A stretch of DNA of 42,427 bases from Kofleriaceae bacterium (GTDB taxonomy: Bacteria > Myxococcota_A > Polyangia > Haliangiales > Haliangiaceae), in contig CBDCCZ010000016.1 of assembly GCA_965215005.1 (NCBI GenBank), positions 1 to 42,427 on the forward strand, read 5' to 3'. The notes beneath the pieces are model-generated. The model worked only from the letters and a program-made list of their open reading frames with translations. It did not search any database and had not been told where the DNA came from. Positions 9,711 through 18,838 of the stretch are shown one piece after another (position 1 is the first letter of the stretch; every line of letters begins with the position of its first letter). Both the position numbers and the translations under genes were made by a program.

Positions 9711-10722
9711 AGCGCCTCCACGCGAGCTCGCAGATGCGGCCGATGAGGGCGTGGAACTCAAGCCCCTGGGACCGCGCCGCCCGCGCCACCCCCGCGTCGG
9801 GCGAGATATCGCAGTTGGGGTTGACGTCGATGACCCACGGCTGCCCGAGCGGGTCGATTCGCAGATCGACGCGCCCGTAATCCCGAAGCCCGAGGGCGCG
9901 GTAGGCGCGCCGGGAGACGTCTTCGATCGCGGCGATCAACGAAGGCGCCGCCGCGGTCATCGGAATTGGCCGGGTGCCGTCATAGTCGACATGGGTTTCG
10001 TCCCATTTGCCGGCGTAGGAGATGATGTGAGGCCGACCCGCCGGCATCGCGCCAAAATCGATCTCGTGCAGCGGCAGCAGCTCGAGCGCATCGCCGCTGC
10101 CGAGCAAGGTGACGTTGACCTCGCGACCCTCGATGTAGCGCTCGACGATCACCGGCTGACGATACTTGCGAACGAGCTCTCGGGTTCTGGCGATGAGCTC
10201 TTCGGGCGTGCGAGCGAGGTTGGTCTCATCGATTCCCACCGAGGCGTCCTCGTGAGCGAGCTTGACGAACACCGGATACTCCACCGCCAACGGCCCATCC
10301 AACGCAGCTTCGTCTGCAAGCACGAGGTGCGGCGGGGTCGGCACGCCGCGGGCGAGCAGCGCGTCTTTGCTCCGGTCTTTGTGCAGACACAGCGCCAAGC
10401 CGACCGCATCGGTGCCGGTATAGGGCTGGCCGAGCATGTCGAGCAACGCCGGAATCAACTGCTCGCCCCGTGCGTCGCCGTTGAGCGACTCGACCAGGTT
10501 GAAGACCAGGTTGGGAGGGCGAGCCCGCAACCGCGAGATGACGTCGGCCAAATCCAAGCCTTGAACGCCGAGCACCTCCGTCGCCAAGCCGCTGCGACGC
10601 ACGGCTTCGGCAACGGCGCGTGCCGAAGCCGCCACCGCGCTCACGTCGACACCTTCGACGGCGGTGAGCTCGGCGTCGTAGTCGGTGTTGTAGAGAACCA
10701 GAACGGAGCAGAGGGACGACAA
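9697..10722 (-). CDS. D-alanine--D-alanine ligase-like ATP-grasp protein (non-canonical subfamily; start uncertain, TTG at 10722 proposed)
   Basis: VFNLVE, PYTG, PVFVK..EDASVGI, ERYIEGRE, GLRDYGRVDLR and DVNPNCD motifs. Confidence 0.85.
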   Translation of the reverse strand: MSSLCSVLVLYNTDYDAELTAVEGVDVSAVAASARAVAEAVRRSGLATEVLGVQGLDLADVISRLRARPPNLVFNLVESLNGDARGEQLIPALLDMLGQPYTGTDAVGLALCLHKDRSKDALLARGVPTPPHLVLADEAALDGPLAVEYPVFVKLAHEDASVGIDETNLARTPEELIARTRELVRKYRQPVIVERYIEGREVNVTLLGSGDALELLPLHEIDFGAMPAGRPHIISYAGKWDETHVDYDGTRPIPMTAAAPSLIAAIEDVSRRAYRALGLRDYGRVDLRIDPLGQPWVIDVNPNCDISPDAGVARAARSQGLEFHALIGRICELAWRRYEHS

Positions 10723-10730
10723 GGCAGCCG

Positions 10731-11426
10731 CTATGGTAGCTCTGCGAGCGAGCGCGGGGCAAAGGTCGCAACGCCTAGGCGCGACAAGATAGGCGCCACG
10801 GCACGTGCGGCGATGGCCTCGATGGAGGGCGGCGGCGGCAAGCCGCGGCGGGCGCGTTCTAGAGCGATGGAAGTGATGGGCGCTGCGAGCCCACACGGCA
10901 CAATGAGCCGCCAGCGCTCCGGCGGCGTCGCGACGTTGAACGCAAAGCCATGGGCAACGACGCCGCGGCGCAGATGCAAGCCGCAGGCGGCGAGCTTGGC
11001 TTCCCCCAGCCAAACGCCCGCGGGATCGCGACGCCAGCGCGCGCCAGGCACCCCGAGCTCGTTGGCTAGCGCGGCCAGCCCGTCGGCCATTGATTGCAGA
11101 AACGCGACCACGCCGCCGCGCACCGGCAACACCGGAAACACGAGCAGCTGGCCGGGGCCGTGGTAGGTAACCTCACCGCCGCGATCGGTGCTCAGCACCG
11201 CGATGCCCGCGGCCGCCAGCTCCGCGGCACTAGCGACCAGGTGCTCGTGGCGGGCGCTGCGTCCCAAGGTGATGATCGGCTCGCACTCCAGCAGCAGCAA
11301 CACCGCCGCGTCGACCTCGCCCGCAAGCAGCCGCTCGCGGCGCTCGCGTTGCAGCGCCAACGCCTCTACATACGGCATTCGTCCGAGCCAACACCACGGC
11401 ACCACGGGCTCACTCACCACGCACAC
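10731..11426 (-). CDS. lipB: Lipoyl(octanoyl) transferase LipB
   Basis: TLGR, DRGGEVTYHGPGQL, GVW, KLAACG, HGFAFN and IVPCG motifs; exact GTG start uncertain. Confidence 0.92.
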   Translation of the reverse strand: MCVVSEPVVPWCWLGRMPYVEALALQRERRERLLAGEVDAAVLLLLECEPIITLGRSARHEHLVASAAELAAAGIAVLSTDRGGEVTYHGPGQLLVFPVLPVRGGVVAFLQSMADGLAALANELGVPGARWRRDPAGVWLGEAKLAACGLHLRRGVVAHGFAFNVATPPERWRLIVPCGLAAPITSIALERARRGLPPPPSIEAIAARAVAPILSRLGVATFAPRSLAELP

Positions 11427-11590
11427 CGGCGCGGCGGCAGCAAGTACTTACGCGCGGCAGCATCGGAATCGGCTGCGTCGTTGCTGACGCGGAGGTCCCT
11501 CGCCCCGATTCGGGGCGAGGGTGGATTGCTCCGCTGCTCATGCAAATCGGCAGCAACGCCGTGGGGCGAGCACGACATTGACGCAGGCCG

Positions 11591-13639
11591 CTAGCCGCTT
11601 GCGATTTCGCGCAGCAACTCGTCGTCGAAGTAGATAGCCGGCGCCGAGCGCACCCGCACTCCGATGCCGCGAGCGATGAGCTGGGCGACGAGCTCATCAC
11701 CGCACAGCACCGCGATCGACTTGCCCTCGCGCGCCAGCTCGCGCTGCGCCGCCTCGGACAGCGGTCGCGGGGCGATGAGCAGACCCGAGATCAAGTCCTT
11801 GGCGGCCACGCCCGCGCGCAGCTCACCCACTCCGCGCCGCGACACCGGCTCGTCGCCGGCGTTGACGCCGATGAGCACGGGTCCCGGAGCGGCCAACGGT
11901 CGAGCAACCGCGTAGCTGGCCGGTGGTACTCGCTTGATCCACTGCAGGTCTGCCCAGCCCATTTCGAGCAGCAAGACGTACGCGATGCGTTCGAGCTCGG
12001 GCGGTGTGAGCTGACCGAGGCGATCGTAGAGCGTCTTATGGGTAGACGCCGCCAGCCGCCTCACCGAGCGGTTGAAGTTGGCCTCGGCGGCAGCAACGAC
12101 AGGATCCGCGGGCCCATGATTGGCCACGAACAGGTCGCGCCCGCGATACGCCACGCGCGGACGCAGTCCCCACGCGGCGTGCCCGGCCTCGTCAGCCATG
12201 AGCGCGGCTTTCAGATGCAACCACAGCTCTTCCGGCTCGCCCGGCAGCGTCTGGCGCTTGCGCATCATTTGCGCCAGCTGGCGCGCCTGCACCGGCTGGC
12301 CGCTGCGAATCGCGGCGAGCGCATCGGCGGCACCGTCTCCCAAGAGATTGCCCGGCCGGGCAATGACGCCGTCGACGGCCGCATCGACCTCAGCCTCGTC
12401 CAGCACGACCATCGCCGGTTCCTCGACGCGGGCTGCACCGCGCGGCTCCTCGGCACGAGCGCGCCGGGGCTCCTCGGCACGAGCGCGCCGGGGCTCCTCG
12501 GCACGAGCGCGCCGGGGCTCCTCTTGAGTCTGTTGGCGCTCGATACGACGCTGTTTGCGCTCGTCACGCTCACGGCGCCGACGCTCGCGGATGCGCGCGA
12601 TGCGCTCGCCCTTGGCGGTGATCTCTGGCAACAGCGGACGGTCCTCATCCGCCGTGTGCTCATCGCTATATTCGGCGAACGCTTCGGCAGGTTCGCTGGC
12701 GGCGAGCTCATCGGCGTAGAGCGCTTCGGCCTCGTCTTCGGCGGGCGAGTCGAGCTCGGCAGCGCGCCGCGGCGGCGCTTTGGGCGCCAGCACATCAGCG
12801 AGCTCCGGCGCCGGCGGTCCGAGATCCGTGAGCATCTCGATGGCCGCGCCGCCTTGCGCGCCGCCGGGCGTGGGACCCGCGGTCTCGGTGATCGACTCGG
12901 CGCCCTCGCGGGCGCGATCGCGACCTCCACGTCGTCGCCGTCGCCGCCGCCGCCGCGCATCGCCGCCACCGAGCTCTGCGTCCTCGGCCGAAGGCTCGTG
13001 GCCAGCTTGCGTCGACGAAGGCGCCTCGAGCGCCTCGGTTGCCGTGCGCTCGCGAGGCGCACCGTTTTGCGTTGCGTTGGGGCGCGCCGCCGCGGGCCTG
13101 GGCGAGCGCGCCGGCTTTGCCTCTTGAGGCGTCGCTGCGGCAGGCGCCGGAGCAGCTTTGCTCTTCGCCGGCGTCGTCTTCGCGGTGACGTTGGCTTTGG
13201 CCACCGGCTTGGCCGCCGCCTTGCCCTTCGCCGCGGCCTTCGTTTTGGCTGCGTTGCTCGCGGCCTTGGCCGCCGGCTTGCTCGCGGCCTTGGCCGCCGG
13301 CTTGCTCGCGGCCTTGCCCTTCGTCGCGGCCTTGCCCTTGGCCTTGGTCGCCGGCTTGCTCGTGGCCTTCGCCGCCGTCTTGCCCGCCGTCGCGCGCTTG
13401 GCCTTCGCCGCACTCTTGCCGGCGTTGGCTAACGCGAAGATGTCGTCGTCGACGCGAGTGACCTGGCTCTGCTTGCCTTTGTTGAGCTCGCGGGTGAGGC
13501 CCGCTTTCATGCTGCCCACCGGATTCTTACCGGGACGGGTCAGCAAATCTCGATCGAGAGCTTGCTGCGCTAGCTCGTCGACTTCCATCGGCTGGCCAGC
13601 CTCGCGCAGCAGCGTGATGGCGGCTTCGATAAACGTCAT
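11591..13639 (-). CDS. HARE-type winged-HTH protein with Lys/Ala/Pro histone-like repeats, acidic and Arg-rich tracts, and a C-terminal Mrr-like restriction-endonuclease-fold domain
   Basis: N-terminus MTFIEAAITLLREAGQPM...PGKNPVGSM matches the HARE-HTH pattern. C-terminus (LTPPELERIAYVLLLEMG...VGELRAG...GLLIA...IAVLCGDELVAQLIARGIGV) follows the Mrr_cat pattern. Confidence 0.8.
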   Translation of the reverse strand: MTFIEAAITLLREAGQPMEVDELAQQALDRDLLTRPGKNPVGSMKAGLTRELNKGKQSQVTRVDDDIFALANAGKSAAKAKRATAGKTAAKATSKPATKAKGKAATKGKAASKPAAKAASKPAAKAASNAAKTKAAAKGKAAAKPVAKANVTAKTTPAKSKAAPAPAAATPQEAKPARSPRPAAARPNATQNGAPRERTATEALEAPSSTQAGHEPSAEDAELGGGDARRRRRRRRRGGRDRAREGAESITETAGPTPGGAQGGAAIEMLTDLGPPAPELADVLAPKAPPRRAAELDSPAEDEAEALYADELAASEPAEAFAEYSDEHTADEDRPLLPEITAKGERIARIRERRRRERDERKQRRIERQQTQEEPRRARAEEPRRARAEEPRRARAEEPRGAARVEEPAMVVLDEAEVDAAVDGVIARPGNLLGDGAADALAAIRSGQPVQARQLAQMMRKRQTLPGEPEELWLHLKAALMADEAGHAAWGLRPRVAYRGRDLFVANHGPADPVVAAAEANFNRSVRRLAASTHKTLYDRLGQLTPPELERIAYVLLLEMGWADLQWIKRVPPASYAVARPLAAPGPVLIGVNAGDEPVSRRGVGELRAGVAAKDLISGLLIAPRPLSEAAQRELAREGKSIAVLCGDELVAQLIARGIGVRVRSAPAIYFDDELLREIASG
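12444..12523. repeat. 24-bp perfect tandem repeat x3.3, in-frame (EEPRRARA)
   Basis: ggctcctcggcacgagcgcgccgg at 12444, 12468 and 12492, plus a partial copy at 12516. Confidence 0.95.
13254..13316. repeat. 24-bp tandem repeat x2.6, in-frame (AAKAASKP), inside a longer degenerate AK-rich array
   Basis: ttgctcgcggccttggccgccggc at 13254 and 13278, plus a partial copy at 13302. Confidence 0.9.
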
Positions 13640-13841
13640 GCGCGCGGAGTCGTAACACCGCGGCGGAAAAGTTGCCAGCCGCCGATGCGGGGTTTAGCGT
13701 CCCTCGTACATCGGCGGACGCGGCTGCCGTCTCGCGTTTCGCGAGCCGCCATCGCGCCAGCCCCACGAGGCGCATTGGTCATCCGAGCCATTGACCTCGG
13801 CCCCTCGTTTCGTTCAAGGAGCTAGTTGCGTGAACCGAGCC

Positions 13842-14840
13842 ATGAAAGTCGGAGTCTTGATGGGCGGCTTATCGAGCGAGCGTGCGGTGTCTCAGCAGAC
13901 CGGCGAAGCGGTCCTGAGCGCGCTGCTCGATCGCGGCTATGACGCCGAGGGCCTGTTCGTCGACCGCGACATCGACATGATGGTGCGGCAACGCGGTATC
14001 GACGTCGCATTCTTGGCGCTGCACGGCCGCTACGGCGAGGACGGCTGCATCCAGGGGCTGCTCGAAACCATGGGCGTTCCCTATACCGGCTCGGATGTCC
14101 TTGCTTCCGCGCTGGCGATGAACAAGGTCAAAGCCAAAGAGATCTTCCGCCTCCACAACCTGCCCACGCCGCCCTACTACGTGCTCGACGATGGCGAGCC
14201 CGACGAGGTCCTTGCGGCGCACGGCGAGTTTGGCTTTCCGTGCGTCATCAAGCCAGTTGGTGGCGGCTCGTCGGCGGGCGTTGAGCTCGTCGCAACCCCC
14301 GAAGCCTTCGTCAAGGCGTGTGAGCGGGCGTTCTGCTTCGATAGCCAGTTGCTCGTCGAGCGCTACATCGCCGGCAAAGAGGTGTCGGTGGCAATCCTTG
14401 GCGACCGCGCCTTGGGAGCGGTAGAAATCGAGACTCGCGGCGGCTTTTATGACTACGGCGCCAAGTACAGCTGCGGCGCCACCCGCTACACGATTCCGCC
14501 GCGGCTGAGCCCGGAGCGCTATCGCGGCGTCCTCACCCAAGCACTGCGCGCGCATCGCGCGCTCGGCTGCCGCGGTGCCACCCGCGTCGATTTGATTGTG
14601 AGTGACGCCGGCAACGAGACCGTGCTCGAGGTCAATACCCTGCCCGGCCTCACGCCAACCAGTTTGCTGCCAAAGATCGCCGACTCGGTGGGTATCGGTT
14701 TTGGCGACCTCGCCGAAGCGATCCTGCAGGGGGCAAGGCTCACCAATCTCGCCCGCGGCCAAGGCGAGCGGCGGGTGGCGCAGCGCGCCTTTGGCGGCAC
14801 CGACCGGCGCTCGCTACGCGCCGCCGCGCAACCCCACTGA
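13842..14840 (+). CDS. ddl: D-alanine--D-alanine ligase
   Basis: MGGLSSER, LHGRYGEDGCIQG, PYTGS, omega loop FYDYGAKY, LEVNTLPG, SLLPK. Confidence 0.95.
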   Translation: MKVGVLMGGLSSERAVSQQTGEAVLSALLDRGYDAEGLFVDRDIDMMVRQRGIDVAFLALHGRYGEDGCIQGLLETMGVPYTGSDVLASALAMNKVKAKEIFRLHNLPTPPYYVLDDGEPDEVLAAHGEFGFPCVIKPVGGGSSAGVELVATPEAFVKACERAFCFDSQLLVERYIAGKEVSVAILGDRALGAVEIETRGGFYDYGAKYSCGATRYTIPPRLSPERYRGVLTQALRAHRALGCRGATRVDLIVSDAGNETVLEVNTLPGLTPTSLLPKIADSVGIGFGDLAEAILQGARLTNLARGQGERRVAQRAFGGTDRRSLRAAAQPH

Positions 14841-14899
14841 GCGCGGCCCACCGATGGCGCATGGCGAGCGTCGTGAAGCTCGTGTAAAGCAATCTGTCG

Positions 14900-17023
14900 A
14901 TGGGGGAGACGCCGAATCGGGAACCTGAGCAGCGGCTGGCATCCGCCCTCGCCCCGCAGCCCGTGCCGGGCTCACCACCCGCGAGCACGGGCGCTCGCCT
15001 CGCGTCGCTGCTCGCGATTGCCGCGCTTGCGGTGGCCATTCCCTGGGCCGCGCATCGCCACCTTCGACACGTGCTCGACGTCGAGCTCGAGCCCGCCCTC
15101 GGCGCGCTGCTCGGAACCACCGTCGACGTCGGCGGCCTCACGGTGTCGCTCACCGGCACGTTGCGACTCGAAGACGTCGCCGTGGGAGGCACGCTAGAGG
15201 CCGACGCCATCGAAGCAGCGGTATCGCTGCCAACGCTGCTTGCCGGCCGGCTGGATGCCGACGAGGTGCTCCTGGAGCGGCCTCGCTTGCAGGTCTGGAT
15301 GCGCACCGATGGCTCTTCAAACCTGTCGCGGCTGCTCGCACACGCCGCCTCGCATCGCTTGCCGCGGGGGCGCGCGCAAGCCTCGTCGCGCCGGCAGCTG
15401 CGGCGCATCGTGGTGACGAGCGGCGATTTGGTCATCGACGTTCCCGGCCGCGGTCGCGTCGCGCTCGCGGGGCTCGAGCTCCATCCTCATCAGGGGGGCG
15501 TTCGGCTGCTGGCTCGTGCAGCGGACGTCGAGCTGACGGCGGGAACGCTGCGCGCCCACGGGCAGCTCGGACGGATTGGCGCCGATATCGAGTTGCGCCG
15601 CGCGCGGCTCACCCGATTCCTGGCCGTGGGAGGTGCACTCGAGCTAAAGAGCGGCGAAGCGACCACCCACCTCCGTGAGGTCCAAGTCGCGACGGGCCTA
15701 GGCGCTGAGCCAGGAGTGCGACTGGCGGCACGAGCGGGCAGTCGCGGTCGGGTCGAGCTCGCCGTCTATCCCGGCGCGAGCCCGCGCGCCGAGCTCGTCG
15801 CGGAGCAGGCGCCCCTGCGCATGATCGCCGGCTGGCTGCCGCGCTGGCTCCTCGTTGGCAACGCCACCGCCTCGGGGACCGCCACACTGCGGATGGTCGA
15901 TGACGAGCTGCGCTTTCGCGGCAGTGCAGACGTTCAAAACGTGCTCCTCGAGCATCCGCGCCTCGCGCCCGAACCAGTGCCGCTAACCGCGCGGGTGCAC
16001 GCTCGAGGTGCCGTACTCACCGAAGCCGGCGAGCGCGCTCTCGAGCTCGATGAGGTCGCCATCGAGCGCAGCGGCGTGCGCCTCGAAGCAGCGCTGCACG
16101 CTACCTGGAGAGGAGCGGCAGCGATGCCAGCGCGCGCCACCATGACCGTGGTGGTGCCAAAGACCGACTGCATGGCGCTCCTCACCGCCATCCCGGTGGC
16201 GCTCCGACCTGAGCTCGCGGGTCTCGAGCTCGAAGGCCAGTTTTCTGGCCGAGTTGCGCTGCGTTTCGACCGCCAGGCGCCCGAAGCCACCGAGCTCGAC
16301 GCGGCGATCGACACCGAAGCCTGCCGCGTTGCTCGCGAGGCCGACGCCGGCGATCCGGCGTCGCTGCGGACAACGTTCTCATTTCAGCCGCAACGCGGCC
16401 CCCGGCGGCACATCAGTCCGGGCGACGACGCCTACGTGAGCCTGGGACGGCTGCCCGAGCACGTCTGGCAAGCGTTCGTGGCCGCGGAGGACGGCCGCTT
16501 CTTTGCCCACCACGGCTTTGACCTTCACCAGATCGAGCGCTCGCTCGCCGTCAATATCGCGGCGGGCTCGCTGGTTCGCGGTGGCTCGACGATCTCGCAG
16601 CAGCTGGTCAAGAATGTCTTTCTCAGCACCGATCGCTCGCTGGCGCGCAAGCTCGCCGAAGCGGTTCTCACCTGGCGCGTCGAGGCCCGGCTCGAGAAGC
16701 GCCTCATCCTCGAGCGGTATCTCAACGTCATCGAGCTCGGCCCGCAACTTCACGGGCTGCGCGACGGCGCTCGCGCATGGCTTGGCAAGGAGCCCAAGCA
16801 GCTGTCGGCGCGCGAGGCTGCGTTTCTGGCTGCCCTCACGCCAGCACCGCGAACGCTGAGCGCGCATCTGCAGAATACGGGCGGCGTCGATGGGCATATG
16901 AATCACCGCATCGATATCGTCCTGCGCGCGATGCGGCGCGATGGGTACCTCAACAGCGATGCCCTCGCCGCTGCGCTGCGCGATCGCGTGCGTCTGGTGC
17001 CCCAAGCGCTCCCCCGCCCCTAG
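14900..17023 (+). CDS. Membrane-anchored peptidoglycan transglycosylase (GT51 domain at C-terminus, AsmA-like beta-rich N-region)
   Basis: AAEDGRFFAHHGFD, RGGSTISQQLVKNVFL, RKLAE and ILERYLNVIELG motifs; N-terminal TM; no transpeptidase domain. Confidence 0.88.
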   Translation: MGETPNREPEQRLASALAPQPVPGSPPASTGARLASLLAIAALAVAIPWAAHRHLRHVLDVELEPALGALLGTTVDVGGLTVSLTGTLRLEDVAVGGTLEADAIEAAVSLPTLLAGRLDADEVLLERPRLQVWMRTDGSSNLSRLLAHAASHRLPRGRAQASSRRQLRRIVVTSGDLVIDVPGRGRVALAGLELHPHQGGVRLLARAADVELTAGTLRAHGQLGRIGADIELRRARLTRFLAVGGALELKSGEATTHLREVQVATGLGAEPGVRLAARAGSRGRVELAVYPGASPRAELVAEQAPLRMIAGWLPRWLLVGNATASGTATLRMVDDELRFRGSADVQNVLLEHPRLAPEPVPLTARVHARGAVLTEAGERALELDEVAIERSGVRLEAALHATWRGAAAMPARATMTVVVPKTDCMALLTAIPVALRPELAGLELEGQFSGRVALRFDRQAPEATELDAAIDTEACRVAREADAGDPASLRTTFSFQPQRGPRRHISPGDDAYVSLGRLPEHVWQAFVAAEDGRFFAHHGFDLHQIERSLAVNIAAGSLVRGGSTISQQLVKNVFLSTDRSLARKLAEAVLTWRVEARLEKRLILERYLNVIELGPQLHGLRDGARAWLGKEPKQLSAREAAFLAALTPAPRTLSAHLQNTGGVDGHMNHRIDIVLRAMRRDGYLNSDALAAALRDRVRLVPQALPRP

Positions 17024-17126
17024 CGCGCCAGTTAGCTCTCCGGCGCCGCCGATTACATCTCTATTACACCGCGGCAACGGAGCAGACACGGGCGAGCGAC
17101 GCCGGAATCGGCGTATGCTCGCGGTG

Positions 17127-17918
17127 ATGCGCTGGTGGAAGCTGTCGTTCTCGTCGACCTGGCTCGTGCTCACGGCGGCGCTCGTCTGCGGCTCACAAAC
17201 TGGCTGTAAGAAGAGCCGGTCGAGCGGCGATCTCAAGGTCGCCGGAGCCTCTGATCTGGTCTTCGCCATGGCAGAAATCGTCCCCGAGTTCGAACGCGCA
17301 ACCGGCACCCGCGTCACCTTCATTCCCGGCTCGTCGGGCAAGCTCGCAGCGCAGATCCGCAATGGCGCGCCCTACGACGTTTTCTTCTCCGCCAACCAGA
17401 GCTTCGTCGAAGACGTCGTTGCCGCCGAGGCCTGCGACGGCGCCACCCAGCGGATTTATGCACGCGGACGCATCGTGTTGTGGGCGGGTCCCGATGGTGA
17501 GCCCGCGCTGCCAAGCGACCTCCGCGGGCTCACGGACGCGAGATATCAGCGCATCGCCATCGCCAATCCCGAGCACGCACCCTATGGCGCCGCGGCCAAG
17601 CAGGCCCTGCAAAAGGCTGGCATCTACGAGCAGCTCAAGGATCGACTGGTCTACGGCTCGAACATCAAAGACACCATGCAGCTCGCGGAGACCGGCAACG
17701 CCGAGGTCGCGGTGATCGCGCTATCCCTGGCGAAAAAGTCGCCGGGAGCCAACCTGCCGGTGCCTGCCGAGCTCCACGAGCCGATCGATCAAGCAATGGT
17801 CGTCTGCAAGCACGGCAGCGCGACCGACGCCGGCCGCGACTTCGCCACCTTCATGGCAAGCCCCGAGGTCGTCGCGCTGATGGAGAGCTACGGCTTCGAG
17901 GTTCCGGCGACACCGTAA
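17127..17918 (+). CDS. modA: Molybdate ABC transporter substrate-binding lipoprotein
   Basis: AGASDL, GSSGKLAAQIRNGAPYDVFFSAN, IAIANPEHAPYGAAA, HEPIDQ motifs; signal peptide ending QTGC. Confidence 0.92.
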   Translation: MRWWKLSFSSTWLVLTAALVCGSQTGCKKSRSSGDLKVAGASDLVFAMAEIVPEFERATGTRVTFIPGSSGKLAAQIRNGAPYDVFFSANQSFVEDVVAAEACDGATQRIYARGRIVLWAGPDGEPALPSDLRGLTDARYQRIAIANPEHAPYGAAAKQALQKAGIYEQLKDRLVYGSNIKDTMQLAETGNAEVAVIALSLAKKSPGANLPVPAELHEPIDQAMVVCKHGSATDAGRDFATFMASPEVVALMESYGFEVPATP

Positions 17919-17971
17919 CCCACTCGTAGGCTCTCGTCGGCGTGTCCCCAAGCGATGGTTGCGTTGCTAGC

Positions 17972-17996
17972 GGTTTGCCGACTTACGCCGCAAACC
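17972..17996. terminator. Hairpin between convergent modA and metallophosphoesterase genes
   Basis: ggtttgc...gcaaacc 7-bp stem immediately after the 17998 stop; no U-tract. Confidence 0.3.
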
Positions 17997-17997
17997 C

Positions 17998-18729
17998 CTA
18001 GACGCCGAGGAATAGGCGATTGCCGAAGTTGCGCTCGAGATCGGAGTCGAAGATGCGTTGCGCCGCGGCGTCGATATCGTAGGCGACGCGCTTGAACTCG
18101 AAGCTCTTCTCGTCGGTATCGAAGATGGTGTAGCTGGCGCGGTTGTCGTAATCGCGCGGCTGTCCCACCGAGCCAACGCTGATGATGTAGCGGTGGTCGG
18201 GACGAATCACGAACTTGGGCGCCACCACCTCGTAGACGTCGCCAGGGGTGAGCGCGAACGACTTGCAGAGGTGGGAATGGCCGATGAACGTGGCCATGCC
18301 GAGCTCGTCCCAAATGTCGAGACAGCGCGCCGCTTGCTCGGTGGAGAAGATGTACTCGAACTCTTCGAGGTTGAGCGGCGAGCCGTGGCACCACGTGAGC
18401 TGGTCCTCTCGGACCTCGTACGGCAAGCTCTTGAGCCACTCGATGTTGTCGGCGCTGAGCTGCTTGCGGTGCAGGTCGAGCGCGTTGCGAGCGGCGTCGT
18501 AGTAGTAGGAGTAATCCATCCGACCCGCGACGGCGGCGTCGTGATTGCCCAGGATGGTGAACGCCGCGAGTTTGCGAATCCGGTCGCAACACTCATTGGG
18601 AGACGCGCCGTACCCGACGGTATCTCCGATGCAAACGTATTTATCGATCGATTCGCTCTCGTACGCGGTGAGCACCGCGTTGAGCGCTTCGATGTTGGCA
18701 TGAACGTCGGAGAAGATCCCGATTCGCAT
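17998..18729 (-). CDS. Calcineurin-like metallophosphoesterase
   Basis: SDVHAN, GDTVGYG, GNHD, HGSP, GHSH and GSVGQPRD motifs. Confidence 0.93.
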   Translation of the reverse strand: MRIGIFSDVHANIEALNAVLTAYESESIDKYVCIGDTVGYGASPNECCDRIRKLAAFTILGNHDAAVAGRMDYSYYYDAARNALDLHRKQLSADNIEWLKSLPYEVREDQLTWCHGSPLNLEEFEYIFSTEQAARCLDIWDELGMATFIGHSHLCKSFALTPGDVYEVVAPKFVIRPDHRYIISVGSVGQPRDYDNRASYTIFDTDEKSFEFKRVAYDIDAAAQRIFDSDLERNFGNRLFLGV

Positions 18730-18838
18730 AACGACTGTTCCGACCGGGACGGAGCGCCCGGGGGAGTCGAGCATACTGTAACTGCGCTCAAGTTTTCGCC
18801 CCTGGTGCCGCTTTTACGCGCAGGCGGTGCTGCTGAGC

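Noticed and set aside
9697..10722. VanA/VanB-type glycopeptide-resistance ligase
   Set aside because: It lacks the canonical Ddl/Van N-terminal motifs and has no vanH, vanX, vanR or vanS neighbours.
12444..12523. 24-bp repeats as a possible CRISPR array
   Set aside because: They are head-to-tail with no spacers, lie in frame inside a CDS, and no cas genes are present.
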